64,000 nt of DNA from Bugula neritina. Taxonomy: Eukaryota; Animalia; Bryozoa. Positions 51,426 to 64,000 of this stretch are shown here, piece by piece. Numbering within the stretch: the stretch's first letter is position 1; every line of letters begins with the position of its first letter. The notes under the pieces are model-generated. The model did not search any database. It worked only from the letters and a program-made list of their open reading frames with translations, and was not told where the DNA came from. The stretch is taken from NCBI GenBank assembly GCA_964035545.1, contig OZ037765.1:24985504-25049503 (forward strand), read 5' to 3'. Position numbers and translations under genes: made by a program.

Positions 51426-54400
51426 GCATGCCAAATAATTACTACAAATTTCAAAAATAGCATAAATTAAGTAGTATTACTATGCCTATTTGCATCCAAT
51501 TTACTAGTCTTACATTTATAGCAACTGTAAAGTATTTTGCGTAAAATAGCTATTGCAAGCATTATTCAATTCATATTCATATGGTAATCACAGCGAAGCT
51601 TAAACTGTATAGCTTTGTATTTACGTGCATGAGTGAGTTTTAATTTTTTTTTTAATTTTATATGCATAAAAAATGTTTTTAAAAACTTTACCAATAAACA
51701 AAACTAAAAAAATGTACACATAAAATACCAGAAAAATAACAAAAATGGCAAAATTTTTCCTTTATAACTTATATAAACTTGCGGTACCAATCTCGGCATA
51801 ATGACTTTTCGTTTAAACGATCATGTGGCTGGTCAATACGAAAAGATAACTCACGAATAATTGTCACACGAGTTTCGTGTCATTCTCACGATCGTGTGGC
51901 CAGGGCTTAATATCGCTCTAGGTTTATGACTAAGTCCTTTGTTGATAGTTCTGGTGATTGCTTCATGTCATGTGTGTTGATGTTTAGAAATGTGAAAAGC
52001 ATCATTTTGGAATTGCTAAACCTAAGCAAATCACTCTGCATGGCAAGCAGATGCTTCAGTCCACTTGGCATTCTATACAGAAGGTTAAAGACTCCGTGCA
52101 ATCCAAAAAGAATGGAGTGAGTGTTATTCATTCTTGTCATATAGCTGATAGCCTGCTAGATATACATTGCATATTTCTTGTGAAGTGTTGAAGAAATTAG
52201 TATAAGACTTTCTATAAGCCAACTGCCATGTTAAATACACTATATTATATGCCAGTTGTTAAACTAATTCCGACACACTTCATTTACGCAGTATTGAAAT
52301 ATTCATGTATATCTTAGCTAGCATTTGCAAACTATTTGAGAGTTGTATGCCCAAATTATTTAGTTTTTTAATGAGTTTTATGCTCATGCTCTGTAACTAG
52401 AGGTATTATAAAACTAATAGCAATTATTGCTGAATTTCATTGAATGCCATTCTTAACTGATGCAACACACAGCTTTATCACTGAGCTGGTTTCAAAGTTT
52501 AAAGTTTCGTATCAATTCTAATCATGCAGAGAATAAAAAGTCATTCAACTCTGCAATAACTGTTAGTTATCAGTTAGTAACCCACCACATGTGTGCATAA
52601 TTGTGTTCTTGAACTAAAGTAGTGCTATAGTATGCCTATATATAATCTATAGTAGTAATGGTAGTTACGATTCCTTGCACAATGTAACCATATTGAATAA
52701 GAAGTAGACTGATCATGCTGATATTAAATAGCCGCAAGCTGGTGTTGCTTAGGACACTTTTTAATTGCACTTGATGAAAACTCTGCTATAATTATTAGCC
52801 CTTATCTTGAAAAATTAATGTAGCTTTTCCAAAAATTTATTATTCATGCTTGAGTTTTTTGCAAAATATCAATCAATTGCAATAATGAGTTTGCAGTAAG
52901 TTGGGTTTGATTTCGCATGTTGGTGTAATTGAGCATGTGTATGTCTGAACACTGTGAATTTGTTGTTTTGTCAGTTTCCGTATTACAATGAGCTGCAGCA
53001 GCTGTTTACTGATGTGGTAACGGTAAGAGATGAGAGCTATAGCCTACCAGAGCTGCCCAGCTTCACTTCTTGCACCTATTATTGTATTGTTGAACAATCT
53101 AGAATCTAGCATGTTTTCTGCATAGGGGCGGCTCTTTAGTGGGAACTACTCTTGCTATTATGAATCAGCTAAATATTACTTGGGTGATTGTATCACCCGA
53201 TATTGATAAGATAGAACCCGTCAGCCCCTGTCATCAGCTGAGAGCTAAATAACTGCAATATGTGTGCTCATTGCGACTATCTAGTTTTCATATTTCAGTA
53301 AAATTTAGTTGTTTGACTTGGCTTGAGCAACTATACATCTGTAGAAGCACATTTATGTATTTTGCTTGAGGGTTGGAAAGTATAGTTGCAACAACTGCAC
53401 TAGTCAGCCTGTTTGTAGAGCTTGTCTTAGTCTAGGTGAAGCTTGTGTTATGAGTTCAACACTCCATTCTTTGCCTATCATTGCCTGCTCTTACCTCATT
53501 TTCAGATCATTTCTGCATGAAATCTCTTCATTGAAATTCTTTTAAAAAGCTTTTACCACATAGCTCAAAGTATAATCATGCTGGTGGAATATTGTAGAAA
53601 GATCCACAAAAAGAATATGACCGTCTTGAAAAGCGAATTTTAGAGGTATGAGTAAATGTTTTATGCATAGTGGTTATTGAACAGTTAACAGTGCAATAAG
53701 CTTAGGTCTATATTATCAAGTATGGAAACCTATTACTTTACTTCATAGTTAGACAACTTCTTATCTTGATTATTATTGAAGAATTTTCAATAGCTTAAAT
53801 TCTTTAATTTTCTTGAGGGTTGAAAATATCATCGTAAGAAAACCTGTGTAAATTTTTTTTGTCAAGAACAAAGGCTTTTTCAAATTTTTTCCTCACTGCA
53901 CCTACCCATGATGACTGTGCTATAAACTGCATGTTATATATGCAACTGCAGCAGTGACATGCCCATGTAGCTATTGAATATCTTCCCCAGGAGCTGTGCA
54001 AGATGTTTAACATATCAAGCTTCTACTATTACTCCCCTGATGGAGATCTGACCAACTCTGTGCAGAGACAGAGTCTACCTACTTATAATGCCAAAGAGCC
54101 GCTGTGGAAAAGGGCAGATGAAAGATTCTTCTGGAACAAATCACTCTTAGACGATCTCATCAGTTCAAACGTTAGTGCTTGAAAATATCTATTCCTTGTA
54201 GCGTTTTTGTTTAGTATTAATCACATTGACATGTACATATTGAGTCCATGTGTTAGTGTTAGTTAGTTTTTGTGCCGTAAGAAGTCACTTGTGATTTACT
54301 AATCGATCACTGTATTTTGTTGTTCAATTTTTCAGAATCCTGCTGCAGACCACTGGATTCAGCCCATAATTCAAGGGTTCTTTGACATTAAAACGTGTCA

Positions 54401-57400
54401 CATGCCGGCCTCAGAAACTTACAATAGTTCTAAATTCCACTCTGATGTGTTTGAGTTTCGGATATCGGTTTTATCTCGTCGTAGCAGACACAGAGCTGGC
54501 ACACGGTATAAACGTCGAGGGGTTGATTCAAAGGGAGATTGCGCCAACTTTGTTGAAACTGAACAGGTTGGTGATTTATATACTGTAAGTAGCACGCACT
54601 GCGTGTGCGAATCTGTTGCAAGGCACAGTATTGTTTAAGAAAGTTAAGTGAAAATAGTTTCGTGTTAGTTAATTTTTTCCAATCATTCACAAATAGAGTA
54701 AAAGCTCTTTCTTTTTAGATTGTTCACTTCCAGAACCACACAGTATCCTATGTTCAGGTTAGAGGCAGCATACCAGTCTACTGGAGTCAGCCAGGTCATA
54801 AGTACAGACCACCTCCTATTCTGGATAAAGGTGAGGTGCATTATAGAGCCTACCAGAAGAGCTTCCTGTTCGTGATATTCCACATTTTTTATTGTTCCTA
54901 GTGTTCAATTTAAGCACTGAACGGCTTTACTGGTTAATTTAGTTTGGTTTTTAAATTCGGGAATGTTTCCTGTAGAAGGAAATTTAATGATACAAATCAT
55001 GAAACTAAATTATTAGCTTAAAATTAACCATTATGAAATCAGAATATATAGACAGTATACCTATCACGGAATTTTAAATTTTTCAAGTTATGTATAACTT
55101 TTTGTAAACTTGTAGGTGAAAAGGAAACGGAAGAAGCATTCTGCAAACACTTTGAGCAGCAAATGTCTTATTATAATGAGGTAGTCTGTTTGAGCCTTGT
55201 TGACCGACTCGGGAGAGAAAAAATAATGGCTGACGCTTTTCTCCATCACATTGTTCTCTACAATCACTCGAATGTTGCTTATGTAGCCTTTGATTTCCAT
55301 GAGTATTGGTGAGTATGTACTGTACTACTCGTTGATTCTATAAGTTTTACAATTAGGGTGTTCTTGTTGGTGAACACAACTCCTAATTATCAATTGAATA
55401 CCAGGAACATTGGGAAAGGGTCTATTATTTGTGTTTTGTTTCAGCCGTGGAATGCAATTCGACAATGTCCTGATGTTGACAGAGGCTGTTAAAGATATTA
55501 TTAAGAAACACAAGTACTGCTGGTAAGCGATTTTTGTACAACATTTTATAGCTTGAGAAATATTTATGAAATAATCACAAAATAGACATTGTATGAACGT
55601 AACCCAGACTGCTATCCCTGGTTTCTATTGAAGCCTTTTGTGTTGTAGGGTTGACGGTCAGGGCATGATCTGTGAGCAGGAGGGTGTGTTTAGAGTCAAC
55701 TGCATAGACTGCTTAGACCGAACCAATGTTGTACAGACCGCACTAGCTCGAGTCATAGTTGACCTGCAGGTAACGGTATTCTACATAAGCTACTCTTTGC
55801 GTTTTTGCGGCATAGTTCTTGAATTATTTTGTGGCGTGAGATAGAAAACAAAAAAATAAAATATTAAAAATAAATAACAGCCATATTACATTTAGGGTCT
55901 TAGTCACTAGGTGGCTGACTCTACACACCTATTCAGTTAAAAAGTCATCAATTTGTATCATGTAAAGCATTAGAATGTATAGAAAATTATCGAGAAAACT
56001 AAATATACTTTAGCTGTTGTTTGTAGGTTCGAAAGTTAGGCTTGCTCACTCCTGATGAAGAGCTACCTGACAATGCCAAACATATGTTCAATCAGCTGTG
56101 GGCAAACAATGGTGACTCTATAAGCAGGCAGTATGCTGGTACAGCTGCCATGAAAGGTGACTACACCAGAACTGGCGAGAGAAAGTTCTCTGGTCTCATG
56201 AGAGATGGCGTGAAATCAGCCAACAGGTGGGAAAATATTTAAGTTAGAAATACATGTTTATATGAAGTTTTTAGTTGGTATCGATTATATAGTTTTATAC
56301 TGGATGAAAATATATTTTCAATATTTACAATGATACTATTATACTAGCATATTGCATTGTTGTGCTCTTAAATTTAGTTTTAGTTTTAGCACAGTTGCTA
56401 TACGTTGTATTCATTTATGTTTCATGTTGGTCCTGAATTTCAGATACCTGATACACAGGTTCAAGGACATGTATCGACAAGCTGCTATTGACATACAAGT
56501 AGGTCAGCCTGTTGACTCAGAAATACTCACTCTGCTGACTCGTGGGCAGCAAGTGGTGGAGAATCAGCAAGATGAAATTGACTACATACGGTATATTGCT
56601 TACTAGATGTATGATATATAATACATAAGTCCTGTCCACTTTACTGCAATGCTAGTGGTATTTTGGTTGTGGCTGGAAACAGAAAAACTAATGCAATTAA
56701 AAATCAACTACTCTTATAATATGTATTTTTTGTATAATTTCCAACTTGAGTAACACAATGCCTTTGAATTTGTCATTTTTTGTTATAAAAACTTTTTACG
56801 AAGGATACGGAGTTGTGATCTTTTTAAGTAAAGTATCTGTTACGTTCTGCTCAGTCTTATTTTAATTTTTGTTGTAAAAGTACAAACATACTGGGTGTAA
56901 ATGTTGTGGGAAGCATTCAGCTATATATGTCCTGTGTGTCTGAATCGTGCAAGTTTTTCCTATGTGTTGCTGCAATGGGAGAGGGATGAAAGTGCTCAAT
57001 GAGCTGTATTTTTATTGGTGAATTATGCTAAATCACTCATTGAGACTGCCACTACTAGATGCCCTATTAACTTGATTAGTGATAATGTCCAAAGCATCTT
57101 TTACCAGAAGCCGGAAATGCAGTTCAGCTGCTCACAAAGCTGATACTAGCAAAATCCTACTAGCATTATTAGTTTTAAAAAATCTATGACCTCTGCTAAA
57201 TAATCTAATTTAATTGGGCACAAATTAAAGCTAAAACCTTGCAGCACTTCAATTATAGGAATTTTATTAATCAGACAAGTATGGTCGTCTGAAAGAAAGA
57301 TTGCTTGTGTAGCTCAACTCTTCACTTATACTCTTGCTTTCATGCAATGTTTAACAGTGTTTGCACATCTGCTGTGCTGGACACTAGTGCTAAGCTTTTC

Positions 57401-60064
57401 TTGCTTCTATGTCTATAGGGAGAAAGCTAATGATGTAGTGTCTGTGATAGAAGAGGCTAGAAATACGCTAATTATTGAACCAGAGCAGTGTCTAGGAGGC
57501 TGGGCTGTTATCTCTTTGGATGAAAAGCAGTAAGTCAAAGCTCTCTTCTGGACTTCAAGTGTTATTTCTTTTAAATATTATATTTAAATCGCAGGTTACT
57601 GAAATTATAAATTATTAGATTTTATTAACTCAGCTGGACGAAAAAACTAGTTTTAGGTTATATAACCATTGATTAACATATGTAAAAGCTGTTATTAGTC
57701 TTCTGTTATAGCTTGATATGTCTGGTTGTCTTATGTATTTGCTATATTAGAAACAAAATCTAATGTCCAAGTTGTTTATTAGCTTTATTGTTTATTGCTA
57801 TAAGCAAATGTCAAGGTTGAAACTTGTTGCAATAACCTTCTTGTATATGTACCCATTATTACGAATGGCTCAAGTATTTCTATTCCTCGTGTTTTATTTA
57901 ACTAAATGTTTCTTAAACTGTGCTTGTCAAATGCATCACAGGGAAGGTACGCTACAAGACAATGAGATGGATACTATTGTGCTGCTAACCAATGCCTTTT
58001 ACTACATCATAACATATGATGATGAATTAGATTGTTTAACTGACTATCAGAAGATACCTATATCCCATCTCTACGCCATAGATATAGGTTTGTTCATTTA
58101 ATACTTGTTATTTTTCAATAATTTTATGATTTTTAGCGTTTTCTTTCAGAATATTTAATTTTTAAACAATAATGATAAATCATTTTAACTATTAAAATGT
58201 GTTCAGTAAAAAGTTCTTTTAGCTTTAATGGAATGATAATTTTTCTGAAATATGACCAAGAGTTTGACTACTGTAACTAAGATTTTCAGTTCAAATAATT
58301 TACTAACATCTAATAATGAAGTGAAAGATACAAAAGCATATTTAGTTTTTCTGAATTCTTATTGACTGTACATTGATTTTAGGTCTGCATTCTTCATCTG
58401 TGTTCAAAAGTAAGTTTCAATGTATGCGCTTGTGGTACAAGTATTATGGGGAAGCTGGTTATTTTCACACATTCCGAGTGCCTAATGTCCGGGCATTCAA
58501 CAACTCCATTGTTCAGATCAAAGATTTTGAAGAGGAAAAAGGTTTGTTTTACAAACTTTTTAGTCCAGCAGTTTTCCAATTTTGCCATGTTGATGTTGGT
58601 TTAACACTTGGTTTTATGTTTTATATAATATGTTTTTACGTTATGTTTCTATATAACAGAAATACTGCAAGCAATTGCTGACACTTTCAAGGTGACATGT
58701 GAACAGTGTGCGGGGCTGGTGAATATTCGGCAGGTCCGGATTGAAAAGTATGTCGCTATCAAATTCTTAAATGTCCTGTTAAAAATGTTAAATATGTTTT
58801 ACTGCAGCACCACTAGTATACTAGAATTACTCTGTACTAGTTGACAAATAATTTTAGCTGTCAATATTTGTTAATGTAAAGCAAATCCTATTTGGCTTCA
58901 GGCTTTTCATATTTAGGTGACTGATATTATATGAATATTTTTTATATTTCAATTTTAGCAAAAGGTTTCGTTGTGTTGCAAAGCGCTCTATACAAGAAAC
59001 TTCAATCGATACAAACATCTGGACTCAACCACATAAAATAGCATCTATGGCTTCTAATGCTATGAACAACGCTGCTAAGCAAGTGGCAACTCGTCTAAAA
59101 AAGATGAGATTGACATCTAATAAACCTTCCAGGCAGGTCATGTCGGATCAAGTCTCATCTCCTCACCAAGGTAACACAACATTTCCTTTATACATCTGAA
59201 AACTTATTTTAATAAAAAATGTTATTTTTTTATAAAGTGAGTTTTACAGTTGTGTTTTGTGTAGTGTGTTTGTTGAATTGTTTCATAGTTTTATTATTTC
59301 TTAATATTTCTGTTACAAAGTTTGGCTGCCGTATTGGTTGGTCTCAATCACATTTATATTTTGATATTGCAGAGTTTGAGATGTTTGATGATTTCAATGA
59401 TAATGATGAGGAAGAAAATACAACTGACTCACATGACTTGATGGAGCATATAGACCAGTCACAGCCTTTACCCACAAATATTATAAAGACTCGGACTTTA
59501 TCTGTTGGCTCTTTACCAGAGCTTAACATGTCGCCAGCTAATACCAGCAGTTTGAACAGTGACAACTTAGTCCATGGTGCAGATGAGCTCAGCAATTCTG
59601 CGCCTCAATTGTTTCACGAAAACTCTGATTCCGTGACTGTGTCAGACGTTGAAACACTTGATGCTCATTACTTCAAGCAGGATCCTCACCCCACAGCTTC
59701 TAACATTCAGGCATTGTATAGTTTTGATGGAATGCAACAGGCAAGAAGTGGTGAGCCACCGCACAATCAACAGGCTTCTAATGGGTTATTGAACAAGCCA
59801 CCAAATGTTATTTCATTTACAGATGATAGCTTTAAGCAATATTCTATTGTCCTGCCTATGCATTCTACTTCAGGAGCTGTGAATCGGTCGCCATTATCAA
59901 AATTAAAATCTGGATTGTCACAAGTCTCTCAACTCATTGGGAATCAAAACCAATCGCCTCACGCCAGGCGCAGAAAACAGGTTTTAGAAGCTCAATTGTC
60001 AGACAATACAATGAAGTCTTCCTTGCGATTTCAAAATTGTAACACAAATATTTTACTACTTTAA
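48276..60064 (+). CDS. INPP5F: Phosphatidylinositide phosphatase SAC2
   Basis: N-terminus [91 protein letters not shown], catalytic [13 protein letters not shown] (CX5R), [15 protein letters not shown], an hSac2-like region (GGWAVI; [17 protein letters not shown]; GYFHTFR), and a low-complexity tail. Confidence 0.93.
51012..51907. mobile_element. Non-autonomous DNA transposon (MITE), PIF/Harbinger-type, 896 bp, in a SAC2 intron
   Basis: About 35-bp terminal inverted repeats (AGGCCTGGCCACACGATCGTGAGAATCACACGAAA vs AGCCCTGGCCACACGATCGTGAGAATGACACGAAA, 2 mismatches). TAA target-site duplication at 51009-51011 and 51908-51910. No transposase ORF. Confidence 0.9.
51335..51422. repeat. (TA)n microsatellite inside the MITE
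   Basis: More than 40 TA units read directly from the sequence. Confidence 0.97.
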
Positions 60065-60937
60065 TTTATTTGGTAGTTGCATGGCTATTTATTTTTAGGA
60101 AATTTAGAGTTGATTAATAACGCTAATAATCCGCTCGTAATTTGTTCTACTTAAGTCTTAGATTTTACTAATTTATATGTAAATATTTGGTAATACTCTG
60201 GCTTATCAAATAATGTAAAATGGTCAATAATTTACCATTTATATAAAACTCAAGTAGCTTTAATATAAAATTATTATGTTTAAACTTATTCTGTTGCCAT
60301 TTATTAATATTTACCAAAGTAGTGTATTTATCACTTCAATTTGACTGCCATCTAAAAATATTCATTGCCAGCTTCAAATTTTATGTTATTTTTTATATAT
60401 TCATGTAAAATTATTTTGTAAGCTACAATCTATTTGCTCTCTGGAACCACATGGACGCTACTATTTACTAAAATTCATAAATAAATATTGTGCTCCAAAT
60501 TGATTCCTTTGGACAAACTTTACTTTATCTACTAGTAATGTTGATATCTCTGAGTAAGATGTATATGCTACACCTGTACCCAATTTGCTTTACAAAGATT
60601 CGAATTACTTATTGCAATGTTGATGCAGAAAATTAAGTACAATAAAGAAGATTGACAGCAATAGGTTATACAATTGTATAATATGTAAATACATACTATA
60701 AATACCTATACACTCATTTACACTATTTTCATATTACATGCATAAAATGAACAACTCAAGGCCATATAAATATCACTAGAAAGTAGAAATACAATTTTGT
60801 TTTTAAGCTACTGAAACTGATAATTATATTTTATGAAATAGAGGGGGGATGTAGGATGTAGCTGTTCATTTCAGCTGGAAGGAATAGTATAACGCTGAAA
60901 TAATAATTATTTAGTCTATGTTTGGTCGTACAACTCC

Positions 60938-60943
60938 TATAAA
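60938..60943 (+). promoter_or_regulatory. Putative TATA box of the Ig-domain gene
   Basis: CCTATAAAGC in a CpG-containing context, with a TAGT initiator-like sequence about 25-30 nt downstream and the ATG 250 nt downstream. Confidence 0.45.
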
Positions 60944-61187
60944 GCAGGCTGACTGAACGGTGTAGTATTTGCGACCTCACATACATCGGTAAATATTATA
61001 TTCACCCGATCGAGGATATGGGCTGGCTAGAGTAGTTATCAGCTAGTTCTAGCCTTGGTTGAGAATTCCGAGTTGACTTTGAGATGGGATTCCTTTGATT
61101 CAAAGTCATTGTGAAACTATAAATTATTTAATAAATAAAATCATTATTTCTCTTGATTAAGAAAGCCTTCTACTCTTGGAAAGGGTC

Positions 61188-63058
61188 ATGTTGTTTGTTG
61201 ATAAACTGGTGTTGTTTTTTAATCTGTTATGCTTCAACTTGCTCATCTATTCAACTTCAGGTAGGTCAAATTGAAATTGAAATTAATATTATTTTTGTAG
61301 AAATAACTATAAGTATACGGGTCGTTTTAATATTAATATTTACTTAGTCCATATGATTATGATAATCATTATCATTGTGAGTGTGAGTATCATCATAAGT
61401 GTTACACTCACAGTAATCACTTTACTGTTACTGAGTCTAAACTCTAATGCCTCGCAATCTTACTCTCAGCCCTCAGGAGACGGAGTAAACTAACTAGTAG
61501 TAGTAAGGTTTGTTGACTGTGAGTTTGGCACTTACTTTCATTTTTCTCTTAGTGAGTTCTAGAAGCTTATCACTATTCTTAATAATTCACATAGATTATA
61601 AGTACTTAATAAAATGCACATTACTGGTGCAAATGAAACACGGAGTTAGAAAAATATGATGTATTTTTATGCTTTAATTAATTTGAACTTCATTTGCTTT
61701 TACAGTTTTAGCAATCGAAAGTAGTTGTCAATTGAAAGTGCAAGTACTAGTAGTACTAGTAGGTTAGTGATGGAGTCTAGTAGACTAGATAAATAGCTAG
61801 ATAGCAGGTCTAGTATTTGGTTTTGTTTCAGATATAGTAAATGATAATTAGTAAATAGTTACTTTTTTGTGTTGCTCAAAGTCAAATGTCAACTGATTTT
61901 ACTTATTTCAAATAAAAAATTTTTTGTTTTGTTTACAATAACATATTGTAGTGATTTTGTGGGGTGTTTATGAACGAAATTCTACCACAACATTTAAAAT
62001 TTTATGTTTCATGTATATCAGATTTCAAAACAGAATAAATAATTATTGTTTTATTAAAACAGTTTTGAGTTTTATGATATTTTCAAGACTGTAAATATAT
62101 AGATTATAATACATTGAACAAATGTGTAATAATTATGCTTTTTTCAGATGTTGTGCATGCTCAACTGCTTCAAGGTATACCGTCAACACGTGTCAAGCAA
62201 GTGGCTTATGGTAAGACTATTGCAGTCACTTGCTCCCCAGACTCCACAACAACGGCAATTGATTTGAAGTGGTACGGACCCAATCAATACTTTCCAGCTT
62301 CCAATGAAAAGTACCTAATAAAGTCAAAAGCGCTCATGCCACTGGAAGAAGATGGAAGTTCCTCTAGGTTAATATGGCGTAATTGTTGTGTGCAAATCAG
62401 GTTGTATAACTGGAATTGTGAAATTTAAGATGTTTAAAAACTTGTTTATTTTTTGCAGAATCTATACAGAGCCAAATGGTAACAGACTAAAGTTGATTAT
62501 ATCAGAAATACGATCTATTGATACTGGTACATATAATTGTACTGGAAAAGTTACCAATATTCCGTCATCGTGGAGCTTTGAGTTGCAAGCTTTTGGTAAG
62601 GTAGCAATTGTTTCATTTAAAGACTATTTAAAGTTTTTTCAGTTGAAGCAAAATTTATCAGTTGAGCTAAACAAAAAACTGTTTTTTGTTGGTGTATGTA
62701 TGTCTGTTATTCTCAAAATTATTCTGCTAGTAGGTCTAGTGAATTAATCTGTTAGTCACTTGTTTTAGAAACAAATTTGCCCTGTCTTCGAAATGGCTGC
62801 TAATTCAAGCAAGTGATATTCTTAGATTATTGCGAGCTAAATATTTGCTCTACTTTTTGACTTGAATGTTGAATTACTGTATATCTCCTTCAATTCAACT
62901 TATATTTGAATTTTTTATTCAAGTTGGACTAAATGTCGAAGCCGATGGTCAACAGATTCTTGTCCATGGAGAGAACTCAAAAATACACTGTAGTGTTACT
63001 GCGCAGCCACCCCCTGAAACTTCATGGTACTTCAACAACAACTATATTGATACTCAAG
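61188..63058 (+). CDS. Ig-superfamily cell-adhesion protein, NCAM/Fasciclin-2-like (5' part; continues beyond the window)
   Basis: Signal-peptide exon 61188-61260 ([24 protein letters not shown]) is in phase with exons 62149-~62367, 62459-62595 and 62923-63058. Ig motifs GKTIAVTC...LKWYGP...LKLIISEIRSIDTGTYNC and GENSKIHCSVTAQPPPETSWY. The subfamily is uncertain. Confidence 0.8.
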
Positions 63059-64000
63059 GTATAAGATTCATACTGCCATGTAATTTAGCCACTTGTGATA
63101 TCACTTATATTGTATTCCTCGATCATGCCATAAAAATAAAAAAGTTGTTTTCTATAGTTTTTAAACCCTATTCAGTTGCAACTTGTGTTTTATATCTAGT
63201 ATTGTAAGAACCGAAAAATTATTGATCTACTGAAACTGCTAATAGCCTACTATTATCCAACATTCAATCAATTTACAGCACATATGGATAGATTTGAGTA
63301 GACAATGTGATCTATTCAACTTGAAGTGTAAGTGTGTCTCTAGACTCTAGAGGATGACAAATATTTCATATCCCTGGCATGCCTATTGAACTTTGCATCT
63401 TGTATCTGCTGGTCCTTACTGTCAACATCTCCACTCTATCATACTTTAGGTTGTACTATCATACTAATATAACTTGCTAACACTCTAAGGTTATCACAGT
63501 TGAAGCTCCTACTGTTTAGTTTTATTTTATACTTATGACAAATAATACAAAAGTATCATTGTACTCATTGCATGCTCACATGTATGATAGTAATCTATGC
63601 TTTAGAGTTTAGAGTTTGGCAGTAAACAGAGTAATAAATAACCTGTGTACAAAATGCTTGCTTGCTCCATAGTTTATGAAACTAAATTTACTTTCAGTGT
63701 ATTCCCCTATTGAAACTTTATTGTATATTCAAGATGCATTCATAATGTTTTATTTAAAAAAGTAGTTTCCATTCCACTTCACATCAAAGAGAGTTCAAGT
63801 TAATGAAAGTATGTTGCAAACTGACAAAAATTAAACCATGGAAAAATTTCAAACTAGATAGTAAACCTTGTTCAACGTGACTCAAATTTAAAATCAATTT
63901 AGCAGAATTTTTTTAGTGTAGCTAATATCAACCTCGCATGACAGCTACTCATGATTTTGTGTGAAGTTGTTTAAATAAGAGAAAATTAAAAAGTAGAGCT

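Overview
AT-rich, intron-rich eukaryotic (invertebrate animal-like) DNA, so the ORF track shows only exon fragments. I rebuilt the genes by following splice sites and reading frames. Seven genes: (1) the 5' part of a DD3-3-family gene on the minus strand, missing from the ORF track; (2) a complete, head-to-head DD3-3-family paralog; (3) cytoplasmic cysteinyl-tRNA synthetase (CARS1); (4) WDR11, whose last intron is U12-type; (5) RNA polymerase II subunit RPB2 (POLR2B), tail-to-tail with WDR11; (6) SAC2/INPP5F, head-to-head with RPB2; (7) the 5' part of an NCAM/Fasciclin-2-like Ig gene. Also present: a 5'-truncated LINE, a Harbinger-type MITE, a degenerate tRNA-like unit, a 33-bp minisatellite and several microsatellites. 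The most unusual signal is a degenerate but phase-locked 6-bp lattice (about STNATA/TATNAS) beside every gene 5' end and largely absent from gene bodies. No database searches were run: gene calls rest on recognised motifs, and exon coordinates were read by eye.
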